Below, in pieces: positions 1-9,248 of a stretch of DNA of 64,000 nt (the first letter of the stretch is position 1; the number at the start of each line of letters is the position of its first letter). The notes beneath the pieces were generated by a model. The model saw only the letters and a list, made by a program, of their open reading frames with translations. It ran no database searches and was not told where the DNA came from. Both the position numbers and the translations under genes were made by a program. Source of the stretch: Anaerolineae bacterium (GTDB lineage Bacteria > Chloroflexota > Anaerolineae > UBA1429); the NCBI GenBank assembly GCA_963675785.1, contig OY776562.1:3104001-3168000 (forward strand). The letters run 5' to 3'.

Positions 1-2285
1 AGGTGCCCTTGCGCATCTTCTTTAATGACGCTGAGAACGATATTGTTGGGTTCACAGCGCAGTAGAGAGCCGCTGCTGGGCCAGGTGCCGGCTGCCTTAT
101 TACCAGAATAGGGCAATAGCGGCTCATGTAGGGCATAATCGGCGCGATCAATAGCGCCGACCGCTGCAGAGCCGACGTGCGGCAGCAAGCGCAGGCGAAT
201 CACCTGCTTCCCCTGGTCAGTATAGTGGTATTTTATGCCAGGGATAATTTGTCGTGGACGGTGGAAAGCATAGATGGGGCTGCGCAGCAAGCTGAGCCTG
301 AATTCGCCGCCCAAGGCATCATAACCGTATGTACTGTCGTTGATAAAGGCGATGCCGGTGCCGGTGGCACTGTCTAGAACGTCCACCCAGGCTTGGCACG
401 GTTCTTCTTCGCCATTGGCTTGGCGAAGTGTGGCACCATAGGGGGCTGAGGCATTTACCACTGGATTGCCTGCATTGATCGGGAAAGCCAGCTTGAGCAT
501 TTTGAGTTGCTCATGCCAGTCGATGGCGATCTTGATGTCGATGTAAGGGCTGTTTTGGGCAAGCGTGTATTCCTGCGTAATGGCGGAATCTCCCCAAACG
601 CTCTCAATGCGCACTGTCGAAGCTGCTGGGCCTCTGCTAATGAGCTGCGGCTTGGCCGTCAGTTCGAATTCGCCAATGACATCGCGGAAGGAAACGACAT
701 CGTGGCTCCAGGTATCGCTGGGGTCATCGATGATGAGGGGAATAGCTCCACTCCCCGAAAGGAGCTCGGTGCCGGTTGCCTTGTCGGTAATGCTGGCTAG
801 CCAGCCCTGTTCTCCGCCAAAAGTTAGCTTGAGGTACTCATTTTCAAGCGAGGCGGATGATTCAGGAGCCAAACCGACACGCTCGCCTTCGAGCTTTTCA
901 ATCTCAACAGCGAGTGTCTTCCAGCCCAGAGCGGGCACCGTCACCACGGCCGAGATATGCACGATATAGCGATTGTCATCGAACTCAACGCCATCGATTT
1001 GTGCGGGAACGATGGTGCTAGATTCATCACGTACAATAACACCCGTAGGGACGATTGTTCCCTGACGATTCTGATGAAAACCACCCAGGCGTACATCAAG
1101 GTGTACGACCTCTTGCCGGTTCCAGGCTAGGGGGTTCCAGATGACAAAAGTATCCTCTTCTTGGGTAGGACTGACGCAGGCAGTAAGTGCGGCGAGGGAG
1201 CTGGTACGGATGCTATCGGCGATAGAATGTGTGGTGTCATAGCCAGCCCAAACGTCTTTATAAGCGCTTTCTATAGATGTCCCTGCAAGGATATCGTGAA
1301 ATTGGTTAAAGAGGACGGGTTCCCAGGCAGAATCAATCTGCTCTTGAACTGAATCCAGCCCACACAGTTTTTTAGCCAGGGTACCCAGACGCTCGGCCTG
1401 CATGAGTGCACGTTCGGCACGGCGGTTTTCTCGCTTGATACGTGCAAGGGCCGTATAGCAACCGCGCGAGTGATGTTGCAGTTCGTCGTGAACGACGGGC
1501 CAATTGCCTCCTGCCCGTTTGATCTCGGCAAAGAAACGATCCGGAGAGGAAAAGACTGGTTCAACTGGGCCGCCTTCGCCCATCAGCTCTACCAGATCAG
1601 CGACGTTAGCCTTGGTAGGGCCGCCGCCGTGGTTGCCTACACCGTAAAAGCAAATGACCATGGGTGCCTTATCGGTGACTGCTTGTGCTGCCAGGGCAAC
1701 GCGCTCGCGCATGTTTTCTTGCTCGGGACTGTTGTAGTGAAGGGGAGGCCGACAGGTGAGCACCCGACTGCCATCGGGCGATTCCCACCAGAACGGGCCA
1801 ATGGGCAGATCTTTTTCGTTTGGATCGGGCCTAAAAAAGAGATAGCTGTCCATCCCCGATAGCTGCAAAAGCTGCGGCAGTGTGCCAGCATGTCCAAAAG
1901 AATCGACGTTGTAACCCACGGTGGAGATTTGCCCAAAGTGATCTTGCAGATAGCGCTGGCCGTACAAAGCATGTCGCGCAAAAGCTTCGCCATGCGGGAT
2001 GTTGCAGTCGGGCTGGAGCCACCAACCGTTGACCAGCGACCATTTACCTGCCTTGACCGCTTCAACAATCGCCTGGAAAAGACAGGGATCGTCTTCCTGC
2101 GCCCATTTATAGGTTATAGAACCCCCGCTGGTAAAGACATAGGCATCATATTCACGAATGAGATCAATAGCGGTGTGATAGGTGGCGACGACTTCTTCTC
2201 TACCCTCCTGGCAGGGCCAAAGCCATACGGGATCGATATGGGCATTGCCGATCATGTGTACGCGCGTCTTGGCGGATTCGGTCAT
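1..2285 (-). CDS. GH38 alpha-mannosidase (partial, 3' end runs off the window)
   Basis: Absent from the ORF track because its stop lies outside the window. Hand translation from ATG at 2285 (GGAGAG RBS upstream) gives MTESAKTRVHMIGNAHIDPVWLW...NGWWLQPDCNIPHGESFARHALYGQRY...GYNVDSFGH, containing the GH38 HxD and DxFGH motifs. Confidence 0.9.
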   Translation of the reverse strand, partial: MTESAKTRVHMIGNAHIDPVWLWPCQEGREEVVATYHTAIDLIREYDAYVFTSGGSITYKWAQEDDPCLFQAIVEAVKAGKWSLVNGWWLQPDCNIPHGEAFARHALYGQRYLQDHFGQISTVGYNVDSFGHAGTLPQLLQLSGMDSYLFFRPDPNEKDLPIGPFWWESPDGSRVLTCRPPLHYNSPEQENMRERVALAAQAVTDKAPMVICFYGVGNHGGGPTKANVADLVELMGEGGPVEPVFSSPDRFFAEIKRAGGNWPVVHDELQHHSRGCYTALARIKRENRRAERALMQAERLGTLAKKLCGLDSVQEQIDSAWEPVLFNQFHDILAGTSIESAYKDVWAGYDTTHSIADSIRTSSLAALTACVSPTQEEDTFVIWNPLAWNRQEVVHLDVRLGGFHQNRQGTIVPTGVIVRDESSTIVPAQIDGVEFDDNRYIVHISAVVTVPALGWKTLAVEIEKLEGERVGLAPESSASLENEYLKLTFGGEQGWLASITDKATGTELLSGSGAIPLIIDDPSDTWSHDVVSFRDVIGEFELTAKPQLISRGPAASTVRIESVWGDSAITQEYTLAQNSPYIDIKIAIDWHEQLKMLKLAFPINAGNPVVNASAPYGATLRQANGEEEPCQAWVDVLDSATGTGIAFINDSTYGYDALGGEFRLSLLRSPIYAFHRPRQIIPGIKYHYTDQGKQVIRLRLLPHVGSAAVGAIDRADYALHEPLLPYSGNKAAGTWPSSGSLLRCEPNNIVLSVIKEDAQGH

Positions 2286-2363
2286 CAAGTGGCTCTCCAT
2301 TTTGCTAACACAAAAGGCCGAGTGGTGTACTCGACCTTGAGGATTCGCTCTTCACCGAGCGGT

Positions 2364-2660
2364 TCAGATGGTAATTTCGTGCTCTATAGAAGGTTCGTCT
2401 GGTTCAGGTGGTGCTCCAGATATGTAGTAGTTGATAAAAGCCTTGGTACCGCTGGCAACTGCTGCTAATGAGATGAGCAAATCTTGCATGCGGCTATCGG
2501 CTTCTTCTGGTGAGATCAGCACAAGCGCCAGAGCATCCTCGCGGTGCTCGACAAAGAGCGCTTTCCCGGTGCAGCGGCGCACGACCACGGCGACCCTTTT
2601 GATAAACAAAAGAGGAGCCAGAAGGCCAACGATAAAGCCGCCAACAAAAGATCGATCCAC
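2364..2660 (-). CDS. small hypothetical membrane protein
   Basis: 98 aa with one N-terminal hydrophobic segment; 4 bp from the upstream gene on the same strand. Confidence 0.55.
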   Translation of the reverse strand: MDRSFVGGFIVGLLAPLLFIKRVAVVVRRCTGKALFVEHREDALALVLISPEEADSRMQDLLISLAAVASGTKAFINYYISGAPPEPDEPSIEHEITI

Positions 2661-2664
2661 AAGG

Positions 2665-2856
2665 CTACTCCATCTTATCAGCGAGGCGTTTTACGATAAC
2701 GTCGACTGCTTCGTCGGGGGCCACTGTGCCTCCGCCAAGAAATTCGGGCAAAGGAATCTTGTTCATAAGCGCCAAGATAATGCCAGTGGCCGCCAAGAAG
2801 GCCAAGGTGCTGGTTCCAGCGGCGATCCCTGCCCAGAAACGCGATCGACGTAACAC
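2665..2856 (-). CDS. small single-TM hypothetical protein
   Basis: 63 aa with one TM helix; GAGGAG RBS lies in the end of the upstream gene; 3-4 bp gaps on both sides. Confidence 0.6.
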   Translation of the reverse strand: MLRRSRFWAGIAAGTSTLAFLAATGIILALMNKIPLPEFLGGGTVAPDEAVDVIVKRLADKME

Positions 2857-2859
2857 GTT

Positions 2860-3213
2860 CTACTCCTCTAACCCTGCTGGGTGATCATCATCCCCATCAT
2901 TGCCCGATGAGAGCGGGCTGCCCTCTGTATTTCTGGTTAGGCTACCCACCAGCGTTGAGACACCAATGAGAATAAGAATGCCCGGCCAAAAGAGCCCGGT
3001 GTAGAAAAGGATAGCCAGGCCAACCAACCAAAAGAAAGACTGCCAACCATACCAACCTCGATCGGCGGCCAGGGCACCAGGTAAGCTCGAAGCGCCAATG
3101 ACCACTAGGATCCAGGGCCAAACGCTAACTGAATCAAACAGGAAGATGATTCCTAGGCCGATGAGGAATACGCCTCCGCTGATACCTGAGAAGGTTTTAG
3201 CTTTGTCATCCAT
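2860..3213 (-). CDS. 4-TM membrane protein, LiaF/LiaI-TM-like
   Basis: Start at MDDKAK with GGAGAG RBS; two repeats of the GxxLIGLG...WPxILxxIG pattern. Confidence 0.7.
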   Translation of the reverse strand: MDDKAKTFSGISGGVFLIGLGIIFLFDSVSVWPWILVVIGASSLPGALAADRGWYGWQSFFWLVGLAILFYTGLFWPGILILIGVSTLVGSLTRNTEGSPLSSGNDGDDDHPAGLEE

Positions 3214-3301
3214 GCTCTCCCCACCTTTTGTAACGTGTGCGAATCTTAACACGAGCGATTATGCTGGTCAAGGGCGCGTATAAAGCTTGGATCTATAAAA
3301 G

Positions 3302-3310
3302 TGATATAAT
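3302..3310 (+). promoter_or_regulatory. extended -10 promoter element (TGnTATAAT) for the rhomboid gene
   Basis: TGATATAAT about 30 bp upstream of the start codon. Confidence 0.55.
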
Positions 3311-3337
3311 GCTCTAGATAAACAAAAGGAGCTAGCT

Positions 3338-4015
3338 TTGATCCCTATAGGTGATATCAACCCCAGACGACGTTTCCCCTGGGCTACTTTACTCGTGATT
3401 GTGGCCAATACGCTGATCTTTCTTTTGATGCAGTTGCTGCCCCCGAGTACACGGACGGGGATTTATTACACTGGGGGTATTATTCCTTATCACCTGACGG
3501 TATTAGGCGGTTGGAGTGCCTGGCTAACTATTCTCAGTAGCATGTTTTTGCACGGCGGATGGTCTCATCTCATCGGAAACATGATCTTCCTCTGGGTCTT
3601 TGGCGATAACATCGAAGACCGGTTTGGGCCTCTGGGTTTTCTCGCACTCTACCTTTTGAGTGGGGCCGTTGCTGGACTAACTCAAGTCGTTTTCAACCCA
3701 CTTTCCGAAGTGCCGATTATTGGCGCCAGTGGCGCTATTTCAGGCATTGCTGGGGCTTATTTGCTACTCTTCCCCAAAGCGCGCATCCGAGTTCTCTTTA
3801 CGGTGATCATCTTTTGGCGCGTTGTTGAAGTTCGGGCTGCGGCCTTTTTGATCATCTGGTTCTTGTGGCAGCTCATTCAAGGCGTAGTTAGTCTCAGTAC
3901 CACGTCGGGTGGGGGAGTGGCCTGGTTTGCGCATGTGGGTGGGTTTGCAACCGGCCTTATATTGGCCATATTATTCGGAGGTAGGCGCCGGCAGATACCC
4001 GAGTATGAGGTCTAG
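3338..4015 (+). CDS. rhomboid family intramembrane serine protease
   Basis: SMFLHGGWSHLIGNM, GASG catalytic Ser motif, AHVGG catalytic His. Confidence 0.95.
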   Translation: MIPIGDINPRRRFPWATLLVIVANTLIFLLMQLLPPSTRTGIYYTGGIIPYHLTVLGGWSAWLTILSSMFLHGGWSHLIGNMIFLWVFGDNIEDRFGPLGFLALYLLSGAVAGLTQVVFNPLSEVPIIGASGAISGIAGAYLLLFPKARIRVLFTVIIFWRVVEVRAAAFLIIWFLWQLIQGVVSLSTTSGGGVAWFAHVGGFATGLILAILFGGRRRQIPEYEV

Positions 4016-4019
4016 TTAC

Positions 4020-4056
4020 AAAAAAGGGGGGGAGCAGATTGATCTGCCCCCCCTCT
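4020..4056. terminator. intrinsic terminator between the convergent rhomboid and trpS genes
   Basis: GGGGGGGAGCAGAT-TG-ATCTGCCCCCCC hairpin with an A-tract on the left (U-tract for the minus strand). Confidence 0.75.
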
Positions 4057-4057
4057 A

Positions 4058-5119
4058 CTATTCCTTCTCCGCGTCTTCGATGGTTTTGCGTGCCTTGCGC
4101 GAGATGCCATTCCATAGTGTGGTCAACCCCATGGCCTTGCGCATCTCTTTGATGGTGATATCTGCCTCTTCTGAGGTGCGCATGGTGCCCTCATAGATCA
4201 AGCGTTCCACCAGACCGTTCTGGCCAGCATAGTACTCGCGCCGCTCTCGGATAGGATCCAAGAAATTGTTGATGGCGACGACGAGTTTTTCTTTGACCTC
4301 GACATCTCCCACACGCCCCTCACGATAGCGTGCTTTGAGATCTTCAACCTCGGCCTTGTCGGGGTTAAAGACGTCGTGGTAAACAAAGACTGGGTTGCCC
4401 TCGACCGTTCCGGGGACGTCGGCGCTGATGCGGTTGGGGTCGGTGTACATGCTGAACACGCGTTTATGCACCATTTTGGCATCGTCGGATAGCATGATGG
4501 CATTGCCTAGGCTCTTGGACATCTTGGCCTGTCCATCTGTTCCTACCAATGTGGGGACGTCCCCCACCATGACCTCTGGGATGGGCAGTACATCGCCATA
4601 GAGATAATTGAATCGACGAGCGATCTCGCGTGTGATTTCGACATGGGCCACATTATCTTTGCCCACCGGCACGAGGTTGGCGCGAGGTGTGATGATATCA
4701 GCAGCCTGCAAAACTGGATATCCCACCAGGCCAAAGGGCAGAGTGTCTTCTTCAAAGTGGGCGGCTTTGGCCATTTCTTTGATGCTGGGCAGCCGCTGAA
4801 GCCTGGGCAGCGTTACCATCATTTCAAAGATCAGATTGATTTGATAGACGGCAGGAATGGCAGACTGCAAATAGATGGTGCTCTTTTCGGGATCGACGCC
4901 AACTGCTAGATAGTCGAGTACCATATCACGCACGTTTTTACCCAGCGTGGCAATATTTTCTTTTTCTGGCTTGGTTGTAAGGGTGTGCAGATCAGCCACG
5001 ATGAAAAAGCATTCATACTCATCTTGCAGGCGTACACGATTGGCCAAGCTTCCTACATAGTGTCCCAAGTGTAGCTTACCGGTCGGACGGTCTCCGGTAA
5101 GAATGCGTTTCCTCGTCAT
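4058..5119 (-). CDS. trpS: tryptophanyl-tRNA synthetase
   Basis: [15 protein letters not shown] (HIGH), YPVLQAADI and KMSKS motifs; start at MTRKR with GGGAGGGA RBS. Confidence 0.97.
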   Translation of the reverse strand: MTRKRILTGDRPTGKLHLGHYVGSLANRVRLQDEYECFFIVADLHTLTTKPEKENIATLGKNVRDMVLDYLAVGVDPEKSTIYLQSAIPAVYQINLIFEMMVTLPRLQRLPSIKEMAKAAHFEEDTLPFGLVGYPVLQAADIITPRANLVPVGKDNVAHVEITREIARRFNYLYGDVLPIPEVMVGDVPTLVGTDGQAKMSKSLGNAIMLSDDAKMVHKRVFSMYTDPNRISADVPGTVEGNPVFVYHDVFNPDKAEVEDLKARYREGRVGDVEVKEKLVVAINNFLDPIRERREYYAGQNGLVERLIYEGTMRTSEEADITIKEMRKAMGLTTLWNGISRKARKTIEDAEKE

Positions 5120-5134
5120 GGTTCCCTCCCTATA

Positions 5135-5377
5135 ACAAAAAACGTCTCGCCCCAAACTTCAGGGACGAGACGCAATGCTCGCGGTACCACCCCGTTTGAT
5201 TGCTCTATGCTAAAGAGCAACCCACTCGGCCAGCCAGTAACGCGACTGAGACGTCCGGTCATACTCTGTTCTGCCCGGCTGCTCATCGGCCCATTCACCC
5301 GGTACTCGCGGCTCCGTTCGCAGCACAGGGAGCTCTCTTACGCTGTTTGCCAGGCTACTATTCCGAATCAACGCATT
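5135..5377 (-). ncRNA. T-box riboswitch with Trp (UGG) specifier
   Basis: On the minus strand: AGTA, AGAGA and GCTG stem I motifs, specifier loop GAA-TGG-G (TGG at 5293-5291), T-box AAACGGGGTGGTACCGCG (5197-5180), then terminator GCGTCTCGTCCC...GGGGCGAGACG-TTTTTT. Confidence 0.93.
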
Positions 5378-5383
5378 GGCAAC

Positions 5384-5412
5384 ATGATACACCCCACAGT
5401 AAAGGGTGTCAA
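5384..5412 (-). promoter_or_regulatory. sigma70 promoter for T-box/trpS
   Basis: TTGACA-17bp-TATCAT immediately upstream of the T-box leader. Confidence 0.8.
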
Positions 5413-5447
5413 AGTGCTGTCACAGCTGAGAGTGTTAACGTTTCGCC

Positions 5448-6719
5448 TTACAAGAGAGCAGTGGCGACTTTATTCACAGCTTCGATGGCCTGATCCGCAT
5501 CCTGCTCGCTATAGGTTTGATCCATCAGCATCATTACAGTGCGCCCCAGCAATTCAAGTGTCCGTGGGCATTCGGTGGGGCTGTAGCCTTGGATATCGCC
5601 CTTGTAAAACGGGTTCTTCCAGGGGGCGCGGCGTTCATCGGCTAATCCACTCATCATAAAAGGCCAGTTGCGGTAGATGTGTCGATCGGGAATGCTGTTA
5701 TCAAAAATCGTGCCGCAACCGATACCCTCGGCGTTCAAGGCGGCAGCGAAACGCCTGGATATTTCGGCATCTGGCAGCAGCATGCACAAGGAAATACCGC
5801 AATCTCCCCGGGGATCGGGGACGTGCTGCAGCTCAATGCCGTCTATGTTACTGATGCCGGCGATGATGCGGCTCTTGATGCTGCGAAAATGCTCAAGAAG
5901 CGGGTCTAGCCTGTCGCACTGAGCCAGAACGAGTGCGGCCGCAAGTTCAGAGATGCGATAGTTCTCTCCAGAGACGAGATCGGGATGTTCTTCTTGCCCT
6001 TTTGCATCTTTCCAAAAACGCATGGCGCAATCGTGCTGCATACGAGCTCGCAGGTAGAAACGGTCGTTATCAGTAACGACAAGACCACCCTCTCCTGCCG
6101 TGATGATCTTGTACTGTTGAAAACTGTAGCAGCCGACATCGCCAAAGGTGCCCAGAGCCTGGCCTGCAAAGGTGCCGCCGTTGGATTGGGCCACATCTTC
6201 GACAACGGACAAACCGTGGGCTTGCGCAATGGTCGTCACACGATCGATTTGGGCTGGTACACCACGCATGTGTACGGGAATCACCGCTTTGGTATGCGGC
6301 GTGATTTTTCTCTCGATATCGGCGGGGTCTATGTTGAGCGATTCGTCAATTTCGGCCAGGACAGGCACAGCCCCCGCGGCAATCACAGCTGCCGCAGTAG
6401 CAATATAGGTATATGCAGGGATGATGACCTCGTCGCCAGGGCCTGCATCGATGCCATAGAGCGCAGCAATGAGTGCAGAAGTGCCGCCATTTACGGCGAG
6501 GGCATATTTTGTGCCCAGGCGCTGGCAATACCATTGTTCAAGTGATTCTGCCTCAGAGGGCTGTTCCTTGGTGCCCAGGAAGCGAAAGAGACGCTTTTTG
6601 CAAAGAACGTTGAGAACAGCTTCCTGTTCTTTTTCATCAATCAATTCCGAGCCATGAAAACCCGATCTGAGTTTTTGTTCTCTTACCGGTTTGCCGCCAT
6701 CGATTGCTAATTTCCCCAT
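5448..6719 (-). CDS. DegT/DnrJ/EryC1/StrS family PLP aminotransferase
   Basis: MGKLAIDGG start, NGGTSAL, EDVAQS, SFQQYKIITAGEGG (PLP Lys). The track's N-terminal extension overlaps the upstream gene and is likely spurious. Confidence 0.9.
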   Translation of the reverse strand: MGKLAIDGGKPVREQKLRSGFHGSELIDEKEQEAVLNVLCKKRLFRFLGTKEQPSEAESLEQWYCQRLGTKYALAVNGGTSALIAALYGIDAGPGDEVIIPAYTYIATAAAVIAAGAVPVLAEIDESLNIDPADIERKITPHTKAVIPVHMRGVPAQIDRVTTIAQAHGLSVVEDVAQSNGGTFAGQALGTFGDVGCYSFQQYKIITAGEGGLVVTDNDRFYLRARMQHDCAMRFWKDAKGQEEHPDLVSGENYRISELAAALVLAQCDRLDPLLEHFRSIKSRIIAGISNIDGIELQHVPDPRGDCGISLCMLLPDAEISRRFAAALNAEGIGCGTIFDNSIPDRHIYRNWPFMMSGLADERRAPWKNPFYKGDIQGYSPTECPRTLELLGRTVMMLMDQTYSEQDADQAIEAVNKVATALL

Positions 6720-6735
6720 GCGTGTTCCTCTTGGC

Positions 6736-7092
6736 TTAAAGTGCCATGATCGTATAATCGTCCGAGATGTAAGAGTCCATGCTTGCATGCCCGAACGCGC
6801 CAGACAGCAACGGCAACCCAAGTTCTGTTGCAGCGTCAATAGCGTCGGCGGCTCCAGCGCAAGCTTTACAAACGCCAGCAATTAGGTTCTCTTCCATTGC
6901 TTTGGCAAAGAAGGATGTCAGTTTATCGGATTTGTCGACAAAGCCAGGCAGCCAGGCAGGTGCAACGCCTTCCAAGATGACTGTGGCCTCTCCGCCGCGT
7001 GCGACGACATCTCGGGCAAAAAGAACCGCATGTTGCAGTTTGCAAGCGCTTTCAGGCCCGGCAAAGAGCACGACCAAGAGTTTGTTCGTCAT
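6736..7092 (-). CDS. DsrE/DsrF-like protein
   Basis: 118 aa; A-x-x-L pattern, VILEG, GVCKAC; AAGGAG RBS. Confidence 0.7.
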   Translation of the reverse strand: MTNKLLVVLFAGPESACKLQHAVLFARDVVARGGEATVILEGVAPAWLPGFVDKSDKLTSFFAKAMEENLIAGVCKACAGAADAIDAATELGLPLLSGAFGHASMDSYISDDYTIMAL

Positions 7093-7176
7093 ATTCCTAT
7101 CTCCTTTTGTATGCTGCTATTATAGATAGGTGTTTGTGTAGCAGGCAAGCCCCCTAGCCGTGAACGGAGATTCTGC

Positions 7177-7713
7177 ATGATGGATGTAACAAGAGTGGCA
7201 GTCGGCTCGATGAACAAGGCAAAGCTCAAGGCTGCACGTGATGTCGTTTTACAGATTTGGCCTGATTCAGTGTGTCGGGGTGTTTCTGTGGATTCGGGTA
7301 TTAGCGCTATGCCCATGTGTGATTTGGAAGCGCGTGAGGGCGCCATGAATCGCGCGATTGCTGCGAAAGATGCGCTTGTTGCCGACCTGGGCCTGGGCAT
7401 GGAGGGATCAGTCAGCGAAGAAGGCGGTGTAATGTACCTGACTGGTTGGGTCGCGGTAGCTTGTTCTAGCGGGCAGGTATCGTTGGCTAGCTGTGGCAGG
7501 CTGCCCTTACCCGAGAGTGTTGCCGAGCGGGTTCGCGCGGGAGAGGAATTGGGTCCCATCATCGACGAACTCTCGGGTCAGCAGCATAGCAGAGAAAGCC
7601 TCGGCGCTGTGGGCTTTTTGACCGATGGTCTTGTGCCGAGAGATATGATCTTTTCTGTGGCTCTTGCTTATGCGATGGCGCCCATCCGCCATCCAGAATT
7701 ATACGATGCTTAG
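7177..7713 (+). CDS. yjjX: non-canonical purine NTP phosphatase (inosine/xanthosine triphosphatase)
   Basis: VAVGSxNxxK, VDSGIS.MP, GAMNRA, GMEG, GEELG, GAVGFLT motifs. Confidence 0.88.
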   Translation: MMDVTRVAVGSMNKAKLKAARDVVLQIWPDSVCRGVSVDSGISAMPMCDLEAREGAMNRAIAAKDALVADLGLGMEGSVSEEGGVMYLTGWVAVACSSGQVSLASCGRLPLPESVAERVRAGEELGPIIDELSGQQHSRESLGAVGFLTDGLVPRDMIFSVALAYAMAPIRHPELYDA

Positions 7714-9248
7714 GTTGTTCTGGTTTCAAGGTATCTTGGCAGAATAAGAGAGAATCGTGTTCCCTGCCCGGGGCTGCTTTGTACAGTCAAAGTGCCCTGC
7801 AAGGCTTCTGTCGTCATCTTGGCAATAACCAGCCCAAGGCCGGTTCCTCCAGGTTTTCCGGCTGTATAGTACTTTTCAAAAAGATGGGCGCTCTGCTCAG
7901 GGTTCATACCGCACCCTGTATCCTCTACGATGAACTCGATTTCTTTATCGTGCGCTGCGCACTCTAGTTTTATACTGCCTTCACTAGTAAACTTGATAGC
8001 GTTCGCCAGCAAATTCCCCAACACTAGCTCGATGTTTCTCATGTCGGAGAACATGTCGACGGGTTCTTCAGGGCATGCCAGGATGAGCGCGATGCCTTTG
8101 GATTGAGCCAGTGGCGTAAACCGCTCGGCAATCTGCTGGCAGAGCTGGCCCACATCCAAATTCTGGCAGTGAGGCTCAAACTTGCCCGCCTCAAGGCGAG
8201 CAGAATCGAGTAGATCATTCACCAGACGGCTTTCACGATCTACCTCGTGCTTGATGGTTTGAAGGCTGTCTTGGGGGACATTTGGAGGAAGATCCATCTC
8301 AAGCATACGGATGTGGAGCTTGATCGTAGCCAGCGGCGTGCGCAGTTCATGCGAGGCATAGGCAACAAAGTCGGATTGCATTTGCGCATATTGTGCTTGT
8401 TCGGTGGTATTTCGGGCAACCCATACCCGACACTCGGGTAATTTTACCGAGTTGATGCCGAGTACGCGATCCTGAAGTGTGACAAAGTGAGTTCCATCGC
8501 GTATGGGTTCTGTTTGCTCTGAGGGGAGGAGCCAGCTGGGAATAACGTCTCCAACTCGCGCTTGTAAAAGATTCTCAGCAGCCTCGTTGCAAAGGATGTA
8601 GCGGCCATCTTCTGACACGGCCACTGCATCTGACATATTGCGGAGCACGCTATCAAAGAGATTTCTCTCGTTTTCAAGCTCCCTCTGGTTAGCCGCCAAA
8701 CGGTCCATAAACTGCCAGAGAAGCAAAGCAACAAAAACTAGTTGGGGCAGTGCTAAAAAGACAGACTGCGGGATACCGCCGGGCATAAACAGCTCGATAT
8801 CAGAGTTATATCCCAATGTATTGGAGACAAGGATAGCGGCGTATCCAAGAACGGCTGCAAGTGTGAGAGGAAGAACTGCTCGCGGAGAGACGAGCCATCC
8901 GCCCATGATGATGGGCCACAAATAGGCAAAGGCGAATACCCAGCCTTCAGAACCGAGGACAAAGATCAGAACAGTATTGAGTGCAATCTCAAGCCCGAGT
9001 GCAAACACCGCTAAAAAACTGATATGGTTGTGGTTCCATAGATAGTAATAGATGCCGTTTACGGCCAAGTACAATGCGGCAATGTAGGTCAGGGGTAAGA
9101 GGTCTGTAAAAAGCCTGCGCCCGTCCAGCACTGCCAATATGATGGCAAAGATGATTGATACGAGCGTATGCCCAATGATAAAGACACGCCACTGTGCTAG
9201 TGACTCGGGTGTTTTTTTGGGGGAACTAGTCGTTTGAATGTCCGCCAC
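7710..9248 (-). CDS. membrane sensor histidine kinase (multi-TM, PAS-like, HisKA, HATPase)
   Basis: SHELRTPL H-box, NLLANAIKF N-box, DTGCG and GTGLGL boxes. Likely GTG start at 9248 overlapping the stop of the upstream gene. Confidence 0.92.
   Translation of the reverse strand: MADIQTTSSPKKTPESLAQWRVFIIGHTLVSIIFAIILAVLDGRRLFTDLLPLTYIAALYLAVNGIYYYLWNHNHISFLAVFALGLEIALNTVLIFVLGSEGWVFAFAYLWPIIMGGWLVSPRAVLPLTLAAVLGYAAILVSNTLGYNSDIELFMPGGIPQSVFLALPQLVFVALLLWQFMDRLAANQRELENERNLFDSVLRNMSDAVAVSEDGRYILCNEAAENLLQARVGDVIPSWLLPSEQTEPIRDGTHFVTLQDRVLGINSVKLPECRVWVARNTTEQAQYAQMQSDFVAYASHELRTPLATIKLHIRMLEMDLPPNVPQDSLQTIKHEVDRESRLVNDLLDSARLEAGKFEPHCQNLDVGQLCQQIAERFTPLAQSKGIALILACPEEPVDMFSDMRNIELVLGNLLANAIKFTSEGSIKLECAAHDKEIEFIVEDTGCGMNPEQSAHLFEKYYTAGKPGGTGLGLVIAKMTTEALQGTLTVQSSPGQGTRFSLILPRYLETRTT

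Noticed and set aside
177-2468. Several short ORFs listed in the track at the window start
   Set aside because: They overlap the unlisted minus-strand GH38 gene running off the window edge.
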